Assembly: GCA_032718475.1 (NCBI GenBank)
Contig: JAUCBJ010002121.1
Span: 1-55,682, forward strand
DNA length: 55,682 nucleotides
Reading direction: 5' to 3'
Source of the DNA: Nemertoderma westbladi
Taxonomy: Eukaryota > Animalia > Xenacoelomorpha
Shown here: piece after piece, positions 33,401-44,161 of the stretch
Position numbering within the stretch: position 1 is the stretch's first letter
Layout of the letters: each line of letters begins with the position of its first letter
Program-made: the position numbers and the translations under genes
The notes under the pieces: generated by a model
The model's database searches: none
Told to the model about the DNA's origin: nothing
Seen by the model: only the letters and a program-made list of their open reading frames with translations

Positions 33401-34912
33401 ATTAGGGACGTGCAACCAAAGCAAGAACTATGCGATAACCCGACGGATAAACTCCTCAGCTACAGTTCTAGTTGGTATAAGACCAAGAAATTAGTGGCGT
33501 ACTGGAGAGCCTTCGGGAATTTCCTCGCGGGAGTCGGCAAAGACAAGTAGATCAGGACATCCATAGATCTGGAAGGAGCGGCCAAGGCGGTCCTCCGCTA
33601 TGAACAACGGAAGAACTATGGCGACGAGGTGGAACGCGTCGGTAACCAACAGCACCTCCGACGGGACAGCGAGCTGATCACGCTGTCGTCACAACTTAAT
33701 GACGACGGGATTCTAGTAATGAATTCTAGGGTGGGATACAAAAACAGCATAATCGTACCATCGAAACCCATCATCATTCCAACAGGATCGCCAATAGTCC
33801 ACCAGATTATCTGGGACTCCCATAAGTCGATATTGCACGGGGGCACCAACAGAACTCTCACGGAGATAAGGAGGACCTTTTGGGTCAAACAGTTGAGGAA
33901 GAAGGTAAAAGCGGTAGTGGGGCAGTGCCAGACCTGCCGATGAGCGAAGAAGGAGCGAGCCATACAAGAGATGGCGCCACTACCAGCGAGTAGAGTAAGA
34001 CAGCACGACCCGCCATTTACGCATTGCGGTGTGGACATGTTCGGGCCGATAAAGATCAAGGTGATGCGGCACACGGAGAAACGCTACGGTATCATCTTCA
34101 TATGTAACAACACGCGGGCGGTAGGGATAGAACTCGCCCAAGATGCAACCGCATCAGCATTCATTAATGCCTTAGAAAGGTTTAGAGACCGCAAAGGTGG
34201 GACGATCACAGTGATATACAGCGACAACGGCACCAACTTTGTGGGCGCAGAGAATGAGATGGCAGAGGCCTTGGACATCTTGGAAGGGGAGGAAGTCAGG
34301 GCGGCCATGAGACGACGACAAGTAAAGTGGGAGAGAAGGACGCCGTATGCACCACATACACTAGTGGGCAGTTCAAAGCGTCTAATGACGAAGCTAATGA
34401 ACACCCACATGGTCACTGAGGACGTCTTACGGACAGTGCTTGCGAAGTGCGAGGGGATCATTAATAGCAGACCGCTATATCCGGAGAATGATGACCCTGA
34501 ATCACTAGACGTGCTGACGCCTAGCCATTTTCTAATGGAAAGGCCAGACCCCATCGATATGCGGGGTGTAGATCCAGACGACATACACTCCCGTCAGAGT
34601 TGGAAAGTCGCTAAAGCAATAAGTGCCGAGTATTGGAGGAGGTGGGTCGAAGAATACCTGCCCACGCTCCATAAAAGAAGCAAGTGGAGGAAGCCGAATA
34701 GGGAGTTAAGAGAGGGAGATCTCGTAATCGTTACGGATGATACTATCATCAACAACCAATGGCGGTTGGCGAGAGTTGTGGGCACTTACTCCGACGAGGA
34801 CGGAAGAGTCCGATCGGTAGAAGTGCGGATAGGTGGCAAGATAGGTGCGAAGGACAGAAAAACCTACAGGAGAGCTGTAGGGAAATGCTGTCTGTTAGAA
34901 GGGGCACCTTAG
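27411..34912 (+). pseudogene. gag-pol: Element 2 gag-pol, broken by several frameshifts, stops and deletions
   Basis: FDGSRPEEY, CSRCVMSGHRAREC, VDSGA, DIEGMF, YVDD, FSDAS, YWTDS, FVANR, GVDMFGP, SDNGTNF, LTPSHF across ORFs 28625, 29881, 32984, 33629 and 33971. Confidence 0.92.
28286..28520 (+). repeat. 60-bp coding tandem repeat in element 2 gag
   Basis: gagggcctggtaggccacgtagttggtagg recurs at 60-bp spacing (EGLVGHVVGR repeats). Confidence 0.85.
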
Positions 34913-35064
34913 TGGAGTTAGAGAAGAGTTTAGTCATCCAAGATTTGGACTGAGGGGGGTGGGATTGAGGGCGAGACGCCCTTCCCAAACATAAAAAAAA
35001 AATTGAAAATAAAATAAAATAATAGTACATAGTAGGTACGCAGTTAGTAGGCAGAAGTAAGTTA

Positions 35065-35502
35065 AGAGGTACGTAGTACCTAGAGTTAGTTAGTTAGTTA
35101 GGAGGTACGAGAGAGTTAGAGGGTACGTAGTACCGCTAGTTAGTTAGAGAGTTAGAGGGTATGTAGTACCGTTAGTTAAAGAGTTAGAGGGTACATAGTA
35201 CCGTTAGTTAGAGAGTTAGAGGGTACGTAGTACCGTTAGTTAGAGAGTTAGAGGGTACGTAGTACCGTTAGTTAGAGTGTTAGAGGGTACGTAGTGCCAT
35301 TAGTTAGAGAGTTAGAGGGTACGTAGTACCGTTAGTTAGAGAGTTAGAGGGTACGTAGTACCGTTAGTTAGAGAGTTAGAGGGTACGTAGTACCATTAGT
35401 TAGAGAGTTAGAGGGTACGTAGTACCGTTAGTTAGAGAGTTAGAGGGTACGTAGTACCGTTAGTTAGAGTGTTAGAGGGTACGTAGTGCCATTAGTTAGA
35501 GT
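35065..35502. repeat. 32-bp tandem array in the pol-ORF3 spacer of element 2
   Basis: Unit gagttagagggtacgtagtaccgttagttaga, ~12-13 copies, each with a GGTAC-gta-GTACC hairpin. Confidence 0.92.
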
Positions 35503-35977
35503 AAGAATTAGAAGGGTATATAAGATATAGATATTAGTTAGCAGTTAGTAGCGAGAGGGGGGCATATGAGTACAGCTGGGTAAATCGTGTGGCCATGCGA
35601 CACATACTGCTGTACTGCACAGGCCCACAGAGTAGGCCAGAATGTGGATTAGAGAATAGAATAATCCATAGGCAATAGTAAGTAGTAGGACAGTAGAATT
35701 AAAACTAAACTAAAATAAATAGAATAGGGCTGAAAGTTACAAATTATGGCAACACTAGGAAAGTTATTCTGGAACATAATAAAAGTAACTGACAGAAATT
35801 GAAATTAGGGTGTATTTACTAGCTTCAGAATTAATTAGTAATAATTTAGGCTAAAAGGGCGCAGTTGAGTAAGGAATAGGCCATTATCGGACCGTACAGA
35901 ACATCTTAGATACATCACTCATCTGTATTGCGCCTTGGTAAGGCACCACCTTACAGGTGAGCGAGTGAGTGTTCGGA

Positions 35978-38293
35978 ATGGCGAGCAAATTGATCAGAAA
36001 GAGAAAGGCGGAGTCAGGAGGAAAGGAGATACTGGTGGATTTCACCGAGAGGCATCCGGAAGAGAAGACGAGAGGATACTACGAGAGGTTGGAAAGGGGT
36101 CACGCGGCACGAGCGCTGCAGGATCACTTCCGGGAGATGCACGAACAGCGGCTGGTCGGGACCTACGGGACGCCGTCGCTGGACAACGCGATCTTCCAAC
36201 ACTTCCACTACGTGGTGAAAGGGGACGAGGCGAAGTTCGGGATTCCGAAGTACCCGAGGGAATCACCGAGGAAGGATTGGAAGAGATTCATAGAGTCCGT
36301 CAACAGGGGAGGATATATGATCCTAGACGACGAGGGAACCGTGGAAGACGAGGAGGGTTCGAGACGAGGATCGGCGGGGTCGGCCAGGACCATACTCCTA
36401 CATTTGGCCGCGCCAAATGGGGACATCTTCTTATTCGATCTAGGAACGTATGGGAAGAAGGACGGGCCGAAATTAAACCGGTTGCCGAAAGCGGTACAAG
36501 TCTTGGTAAGAGAGAAGTCGACGACGAAAGTAGGATCGGCGATTCGCGAGGACGCGGAGAGAATCATCGGTCCGGACGCCACCAACCTCCTGGATATGCA
36601 GAAGGTCTTCATGGCTATGACGGCACCGGATGGGTTGGGGGTAGTCGGAAACACAGGCCAATGCGGGGCGGTGGCAATGGGCCAACTATTGGGGCTCGTA
36701 TGCCACAAACCGATGGACTGGGGGAAGTTCAGGGAAGAATACGGAGCAGAACTAGCGAACTCGCTAAAGTGGGGAGCGAGACCGGGAAAGCAAGAGGTAT
36801 ATCAATTCCGCAGAGGAGCGATAAAGGTATATCAGAAGCGATATATCCTGCAGGAAGATTGGATGATGATAAGTTTGCTTAACTTATTTATGACCGTGGT
36901 TATCGAGAGGGAACCAGCGGCATTTCTGTTATCGGGATCACCCCTAAGCTACAGGAGAGCCTTTAAAATGGCCTTCGACGGTCTGGTAGACCACCCGGGG
37001 CTGAAGGGCGAGTCGGTGTACTACAACAGCCGACATCTGGTAGACGGGGAGACAGATACGCCGTATCAGAGATGGGAGCAGCTAGAGACGGATAGACGAG
37101 AAGCAAAGCGACTGGAAGAAGTCGCTAGACGGGAGAGGATAGAAGCAGAGGAGAGGGAAGAGGAGGCCAGGACGCAGAGTTACGGCTTCGAGGAACAGGC
37201 AGGCTTAGACGAACTTCATTGGACTTCATCAGGGAGTTCGGGGGAGTCTCTAGGGCGAGAATTGGGATGGACGGTGGGATCGCCGAAACAGTCGACGTCG
37301 GGGCTGCAAGAGATGCCCATACCAGCGGGCGCCGAAGGCGACCAACCGCCAAGGAAGTTAAGGGAGCTAGAGGGATGGAGAGCTACGGGCGAGAGCCAAG
37401 GCGGGAAGGGACATAGTGGATCCATCGGGATACCGGGGTTGGAGCCACTGCCAGAGGAGGAGGAGGACGACGACGAGTTCGGAGGGGTGCCGCCCATCGA
37501 GAGGATTGGCCACTCGGACACGGACTGGGTTGGCGGGAGGGTGGTGACGGCCAGTGGGGCGAGGGCCTTCTGGAACAGATCCGGCAAGCGGACCTGGGTG
37601 CACGAGGAGCCGGCGATGGATTTCGCGGGGAGCACTATCAGGTTGGGCGAGCAACCGGGGACGGCACCACGGGTAGTATTCGGGGAGACGATGCCCGAGA
37701 GGGGCGGAGAGATCGACGTAGACAGGGACACCAACGTGGAGAAGTTCGCCTACCAGCGACTCCACAGACCGCGGAGATCGCTTGGGACGAAAGACGACGT
37801 GGGGCGGGAGACATTGGTACTCGGTTGCGACTACTGTGGGAGACAGACCCACCAGGAAAGGAGCTGCTTGTACCGGTTCCAAAAGGGAACCTTTTGTCTC
37901 TACTGCCGAGAGCCGAGCCACAGGATGGGGGCGTGTCCACGGTTGCATAACCGATGTCCGAAGTGCAACTTTCGGGGACACTACGGACGCCAGTGCGACT
38001 GGATGGACGACGAAGAGAAGTTCAGAAGATTCGAGGAGTGGGCCGACGTCGGGGCCATGACGCGCCAGCGCATGAAGGCCCAGGAGTTCAAGTGGGGTTT
38101 CTTCCTTATCAATCAGGAGGCTCACATGGAAATCATAAAGCAGAGGCTACCGTTTACCTATCAAGAGGTAGCAACGGCGGCGTCGTATGCCGGAGTGATG
38201 AATACACAAAGATATTTGGACAGGTGGACGCCACCAGAGGGAGACAACAGGGCCACTCTGAGGGGCCACCGGCGAAGCGATATCGGGCACTAA
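35978..38293 (+). CDS. Element 2 ORF3: DEDDy-like 3'-5' exonuclease + linker + three CCHC zinc knuckles
   Basis: Open ~771 codons from ATG 35978; ILDDEG, LLHLAAPNGDIFLFDL, LPKAVQVLVREKSTTKVGSAIRED, LLDMQ, YILQED; three Cx2Cx4Hx4C; may extend by frameshift to a basic tail ending 38448. Confidence 0.85.
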   Translation: MASKLIRKRKAESGGKEILVDFTERHPEEKTRGYYERLERGHAARALQDHFREMHEQRLVGTYGTPSLDNAIFQHFHYVVKGDEAKFGIPKYPRESPRKDWKRFIESVNRGGYMILDDEGTVEDEEGSRRGSAGSARTILLHLAAPNGDIFLFDLGTYGKKDGPKLNRLPKAVQVLVREKSTTKVGSAIREDAERIIGPDATNLLDMQKVFMAMTAPDGLGVVGNTGQCGAVAMGQLLGLVCHKPMDWGKFREEYGAELANSLKWGARPGKQEVYQFRRGAIKVYQKRYILQEDWMMISLLNLFMTVVIEREPAAFLLSGSPLSYRRAFKMAFDGLVDHPGLKGESVYYNSRHLVDGETDTPYQRWEQLETDRREAKRLEEVARRERIEAEEREEEARTQSYGFEEQAGLDELHWTSSGSSGESLGRELGWTVGSPKQSTSGLQEMPIPAGAEGDQPPRKLRELEGWRATGESQGGKGHSGSIGIPGLEPLPEEEEDDDEFGGVPPIERIGHSDTDWVGGRVVTASGARAFWNRSGKRTWVHEEPAMDFAGSTIRLGEQPGTAPRVVFGETMPERGGEIDVDRDTNVEKFAYQRLHRPRRSLGTKDDVGRETLVLGCDYCGRQTHQERSCLYRFQKGTFCLYCREPSHRMGACPRLHNRCPKCNFRGHYGRQCDWMDDEEKFRRFEEWADVGAMTRQRMKAQEFKWGFFLINQEAHMEIIKQRLPFTYQEVATAASYAGVMNTQRYLDRWTPPEGDNRATLRGHRRSDIGH

Positions 38294-39159
38294 TAACACC
38301 AGCGCCCAAGGAGCCAACAACTGGGATCAGTAGGGAGGTGGCGGCGAAAGTCCGAAAGCAGAAAGCGGATCCCAGAGGAGCGGTAGTAACCAAGAAACGA
38401 CCCAGGGAAGAGGTCGCCAGAGGGAACTATCTCCAGAGGAACAGATAGGTTCCCAGGGCCGGGGGAGAGAAACTGAGACTTGGACGTGGTACGCCTGGAA
38501 GGCGCCGCGTGAGACGTACGAACTATTAAGTACAAACTAAGCTGATGCAAAATAATTAAATAAGTGCAATTATATGTACGTACGTAGTGATCAGTAGTTT
38601 AGCAATAAAATATACGTTCAGAGTAAGTACTATAGTCATACAACCTTTCTCAATTAGCTACTGGGACTGGGGGGATAACTGACTATGGCACTATGGACGA
38701 GACACCAGACGATTTCACACTTCTTGAGTGTGACGGCACAAGAGGGGGGGGGGGGGAGACTCGTCAGAAGGCATGAGGTAGCCAAAGAGAAACGGAGTAA
38801 TAGTGCGAAGTGCGGAGAGAGTGCGGACGCAATTCTAGTGTGGGGGGGGGGGAGAATAAGAGGCTGAGTGAGGGACGAGGAGGTCCGAGGGTACGAGAGA
38901 GTTAGGGTGAGAGTGGAGAAGAGATAGGGCGAAAGTGTTGGGGAAACAAAAGTCGCGTGAGAGGTGAGCGCGATCGGCCCGACATGGGACGCCAGGCATA
39001 CAGGGTAGCGTTATCATACCCATAGGGAGCGGCCTGGAAAGCCGGCTCCGAGAGAAAAGAATTCCACCCCACACCCGATACTAGATCGGGATCCAGCGGG
39101 ATTGTAGCGCACTTTAGGTGGATGCTATCTTCTCACCGGGAAGATAGCATGGGGGGGAG

Positions 39160-39688
39160 TGTTAGCTTATTCAATCCCGCTAACACCCCATAAAGTTAAG
39201 CCGATAAGCAATATTGGGGGCCACGAGATTGAGTAATCAATCACTCGTGCCACCCCAACAAAATGGGAAGGAGAAACACACAATGAGGGTCAGGGGCCAA
39301 ACCCCTAACCCAGAGAGAACAGGTGGAGTGAACGGGAACACTCCAAAGGGCGCCAACAAGGGTATCAACCAATCAGAGGGGGGAAAGGCATCGATTAGGT
39401 AGAGTAACAAGGCCAACCCGTGCAATATAGCCAGTTGGCAGTAATCATTTCAGTTCAGTTATCTCAGTATCATATTGGTGCTAGTTAGGTTAGTTAGTTT
39501 AGCTAGGGAAGGACCGGGACTTTAATTACCGTTTCCCGCCTTCTGTGTACGACATCATATCTATATCTATATCTTTTACCTGAATATTATACGCGACAAA
39601 CAACGTGAACCCTTTCACTCTTCACACACGGCGGGGACGCGTAAATTAACAAACGGATAAACCGGGATCCTCCCTGGATCCCGTCACA
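39160..39688 (+). repeat. 3' LTR of element 2 (~529 bp)
   Basis: PPT GGGGGGG-AG then TGTTAG...GTCACA; TCAGTT initiator-like motifs at ~39450-39460; LINE ORF1 resumes afterwards; no partner LTR to confirm the ends. Confidence 0.75.
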
Positions 39689-40242
39689 GTATAAACGGCG
39701 CCAGCCTAAGTTTGTCATGGGTACAGGAACCGGTGTGGCTACTTCGAATGCCACCTCAAAGATGGCGGCTGCTCCTGGCGACGTGTTTGTATTCAGGATC
39801 GATAACGAAACAATTGAGCAAGATATAGTTGATCATTTAGAAACACATAATATATCCGTTGTCCTGGGTAAGATTACTAAAATATCATATCCTGATGCCC
39901 GTACTAAGAGCTTCATGATAACTTTACCAGCGAACACTTGGTTATGGCGCTCAACCTGGACACATGGCCTTATGGGGTTTGTGTGCGAAAATGTACATAC
40001 AACAGAGGGGACAGGGCACCAATTTGCGGTCGATTTGACAAGCACATCACCGGCACCATTCCCACCCAAGGTGTCAGGATCTCATGAGATATAGATGTCG
40101 CTGAAAGGTACTTTATTAACCTCTAATTATTAACAATGGCTAATGATCTTAATTCTAACAAAATAACAAATATATATGTAAGTTCGTACAATTGTTCAGG
40201 TTTTGCACCGGATAAAGTTGAAACCATTAAAGGCCTATTTTT

Positions 40243-40331
40243 GTTTTCTGTGGGGCGAGACACGTAGTCGGCGAGCCTTTGCATACGGTTCATATAGGGC
40301 AAATGGGGCATGTCCGTCTGTCTGTCCGTCT

Positions 40332-40364
<33 letters not shown>

Positions 40365-40888
40365 GTAAATGTTTGAACGCGAATTTCTCGGCATCGCTCG
40401 TTCGGAATTGAACCAAACTTAGTAGGTAAGTAGTAGAGAGAAAGTTTAGAAAGTTTGTAAAGTTTGGTGAAAAATCATGCAGTCTGACGTCAGCTACGAC
40501 AGATTATGTGGTTTTTAGAAAATGTTAAATTTCTCGGGAAGGCCTCATTTTCCTGAGCTGAAATTTTGATGGCCTGTAGAGAATCATGAAGTCTATCTTT
40601 TACGAAATTGAAAAGTTAAGACATTTAATTGGGGATCCGCTAGAGACTCAGAAGTAATGACATAGGCCTACCGGTACGGTACTGCTGTACAGTGGTGCAC
40701 TGGTAAGTACGAAATTGCAGAATAACAATTTGACACCACCTAGCGGATTAACATATGATTGTATATCGAATGAATACATTTATAGCATGGGATATGGGGT
40801 CCAAACTAGACATGCCCCATTTGCTCTATATGAACCGTATGCCAAGGCTTGCCGACTACGTGCTGCGCGAAGTCCCCACGAACGTGTT
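40243..40888 (+). mobile_element. Non-autonomous element with ~65-bp inverted repeats and (CTGT/CCGT)n microsatellite (Helentron-associated HINE/DINE-1-like)
   Basis: 40249-40314 is the imperfect reverse complement of 40809-40880; microsatellite follows the left repeat; interrupts the LINE APE domain. Confidence 0.7.
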
Positions 40889-40984
40889 GTTGTATGCCTA
40901 CAAGAACATTTTATATTGGAAGGCAATAGGCATAAAATAACTCAGCATTTTCCAGGATATGGTATGAACTTTTCTCCAGAAATG

Positions 40985-42015
40985 TACCATAGTGAATTAT
41001 TTGTAAACAAAGACAGTAATTACAGTATGGCTACTATTCGTATTGGTGCAGCCTACACAGTATAGTATACAGTATTCCCTAGATTAGTTTATTCTGCACT
41101 GTTGAAAGGTACTGTATTTCGATGGACAATCTCAAGTTAAATTGTGTTTTGGAACCAATACTCTACAATAGTACAGTAGGCCTACTATTTTTCATTATTG
41201 CAGGCTACAGTATACATGTGTACTCTACAGTCTGACAGTACATAGTTCTGTACTATACTTAATCAGACTTTGAAAATGGTTGCTACTCAGGGGGAGGATT
41301 AGGCCTACTGGTAGCAAAAATAAATAGGCTACTGCACTGATAATGAAAATGAAAGTATACTGTCGGTCTATATGATATCACCATCAGACTGTCAAGTTAA
41401 GCAACTGGCCTTGCAAACTCTTTCAATTTAAATTTCCCTCCTAAATTGATTATAAACAGAAGAATTACATTGGGTGACAATAAATTATTTTTGCAGCACA
41501 GATTCATTTAAAATATGCAAATGATTGGAATATGTATTTTGATTGAAAAGTTCAATTCTTTAACAATGGCAAAAATGTCATCAAACAACATATTTTATTG
41601 TAATTAATTAGTCACTACAATGAATCATACACTTTTGAATAACAATTGGAAATGGTGATTAAATTTTTTCCAGTACAAAATTTTGAAAAGTTCTGGAATT
41701 TTTTCAAAAAATGAAAAATCCTGATATTTTGAAAACCAAACGACAGATTATTTTAAAAATACTATTTTTGGGTTTGCCATGACCTAAATTTCACTTTTGA
41801 GTAACAATTGGACATGGTGATTTAATTTTTTTCGGCACTTAATTTTGAAAAGTGCTGGTATTTTTTCAAAAAATGAAAAATGCCAATATCTCAAAAACCA
41901 AACGACAGAATATTTTAAAAATACCATTTTTGTGTTTGTATTGACCTGATAGATAACCATGCAAAACATGGTCCATGGTGATTTTCCAAAGTTGATTTCC
42001 TATTTTGGTATGGGG
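40985..42015. mobile_element. Unclassified insertion in the LINE APE domain, with ~157-bp internal tandem duplication
   Basis: APE frame stops after ...NFSPE and resumes at GRPSGG; 41637-41783 resembles 41794-41946; ends not resolved. Confidence 0.45.
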
Positions 42016-43513
42016 TGAAGGTAGACCCAGTGGCGGCCTGTGTACAATTTGGAAAAAGTCTGCACACAAGTATATTTCCGTTAATAACTTGGCTCCTACT
42101 AGTACTACTAGTGCCAATCGTTTGCAAGCTGTAAATTTAAAATTTCCTAATTTTGAGGCTCTGTTATTTAATTCGTATTTTCCAGTAGATGTGCAATCTA
42201 GGACTGTCGTAACTGATGAATTATTAGGTCTATTAAATATCATTAAGGACGGAATTAGTAATGCGAATATGCAAAATATTTTATGGTGTGGAGACTTAAA
42301 TACCGATTTTTGGCGAAATTCGGTTCATGTATCAACAGTAAAGGACTTTTTGCACGAAAATTCACTGTTATCATTATGGGATAGCTGTGATGTTGATTAT
42401 ACTTATCGCTGTGTTGTGAATAACATATCATATTACTCTGTATTAGATCACTTCGTCTCTAATAGTAGAATGTTAGATTTATGTTTGGAAGCAGGAGTAA
42501 TTCACCATGGTGATAACATTTCAGGGCATAGCCCTATATATTTTAAATTTGCACCAAATGAGTTGGATATCACTGAGCCAATTAATGTATATCCTTATCG
42601 GTCTTCTTTTCGGAGGGCGAATTTGCAGCAAAGGGAGCAGTTCTCAAAGGAACTTGTTGATAATTTATCTGGTATTAATTTCGATAATGGTTGTGAAGCG
42701 TGTAAGAATTTTAATTGTAGTGAGATTGCTCATAAGATTTATATTGAACAGTATGCTATTGACATATTGGATGCCGTTGAAAAAGCAGGAAAATGTTTAC
42801 CTCAAAGCGGGGGCATAAAATCGGAATCTAATAGAAATAGAGTTAACGAAACCTTGCCTGGGTGGAATGACTATGTCAAACCATTTCAGACAGAGGCGAT
42901 TTTCTGGCATGGCTAACCATGGTAACCATGGTAACCTGTTTCATCTCAGGCAGTCTAACAGGGCTCAGTATAAATATGCTCTTAGAAGATTAAAAAATGC
43001 CGCTGACAAAGTAAAACGGGATAATATTTTGGCGGCTGCAATTAAAGGTGATTCAAATATTTTTATTGAGTTACAGAAATTACGCGGTAAGCTTAATGTG
43101 CATAGTAGTGTTATTGATGGGGAATCCAAACCTGTGGCAATTGCAAGCAAATTTGCTGAAATTTAGAAGGATTTATATAACCAAGAATATGATTCCGATG
43201 TAGAATTTATTAAATCCGAACTACACAATAAGACGCCACTACGGTCTTGATTACTCCAAACGTTGTACATGATGCAATTTTAGATTTAAAAGGTAAAAAA
43301 AGTGATGTTAATTACGCGTTCGATTCTGATGCTCTTATAAATGGTGGTGCCGAGTTCGAATCCCACCTCTGTAGTATATTTAATAGTTTTTTGGTGCATG
43401 GTATTATTAGTAAATCATTATTATCGGTTGCCCTTGTTCAGATTTACAGATTTATTGTAGAAGGTATCGTTGATTGTGCTCATCCTAAGATCTGCTGTGC
43501 AGACGCTTCTTAA
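42005..43513 (+). pseudogene. LINE ORF2 remnant (APE endonuclease, linker, start of RT)
   Basis: GRPSGG, NSYFP, CGDLN, LDHF, GHSPI motifs; frameshifts and stops after 42910. Confidence 0.85.
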
Positions 43514-44114
43514 ATTTTTCAAAGTGTATGCTTACTTCTAATCGATTGTGTGTGCGGTTCTTGGCAAACCTTGTAATGTTTGATTGTAATAGTGTAAGTG
43601 GAAATAATTTAAGGCGCATAGGTAACGCCTGTAACGTTTTTGATTTGCAATATCTCAACCCGCAGATTGTCTCCAAATTGCACTATGCAATTCATCCTAT
43701 TGACTCTAGTTGGCGTATTCATCTTTGTAGAGAATTATGCAATGTGTTAAGAAGTGGTGACCTTGAGGTACCCGGGTTTACTTATGAAGAGTTGGGTGCA
43801 ATACGTATCTTTATAATAGATATTATTAAGAAATCTCGTTAGTTTCTCCGTCGACATGCAGACTCCTAATAGGGCGTATCGCTGGTCCGCGGATAGAGGG
43901 ATACGTAACTTTGTTTCTACATATTAGGCGCTATCCATTTGTTACAACTATATTCAGCTTTATACCTATTAGGCTGTATTCCTATATTACCATTAATATT
44001 TTAGGCCACTACTGTATGATTTATCTTATATTGTGCTATTATATCTATATCTATCTTATATTAGTCTTTATCTGTACTGTGCATTGCAATAATATTGGAA
44101 TGTCCATGTACGAC

Positions 44115-44161
<47 letters not shown>

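Larger units (their letters stand above)
27408..39688 (+). mobile_element. 5'-truncated Bel/Pao LTR retrotransposon (element 2) with third ORF
   Basis: Gag-PR-RT-RH-IN motifs, ORF3, PPT and a TG...CA 3' LTR; 5' LTR and PBS absent; flanked on both sides by LINE ORF1 sequence. Confidence 0.9.
26740..44159 (+). mobile_element. Decayed CR1/L2-group LINE (ORF1 + APE-RT ORF2) fragmented by nested insertions; (AAT)n tail
   Basis: ORF1 pieces 26831-27410 and 39689-40090 (VFVFRID...SFMITL); ORF2 starts at 40136 (SYNCSG), then CLQEH, GRPSGG, CGDLN, SVLDHF, SGHSPI, PGWNDYVKP; RT largely deleted near 43440; tail 44115-44159. Confidence 0.78.

Noticed and set aside
35065-35502. 32-bp array as a CRISPR-like or telomeric (TTAG-rich) repeat
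   Set aside because: Contiguous units without spacers; not a TTAGG/TTAGGG run; internal to a retroelement
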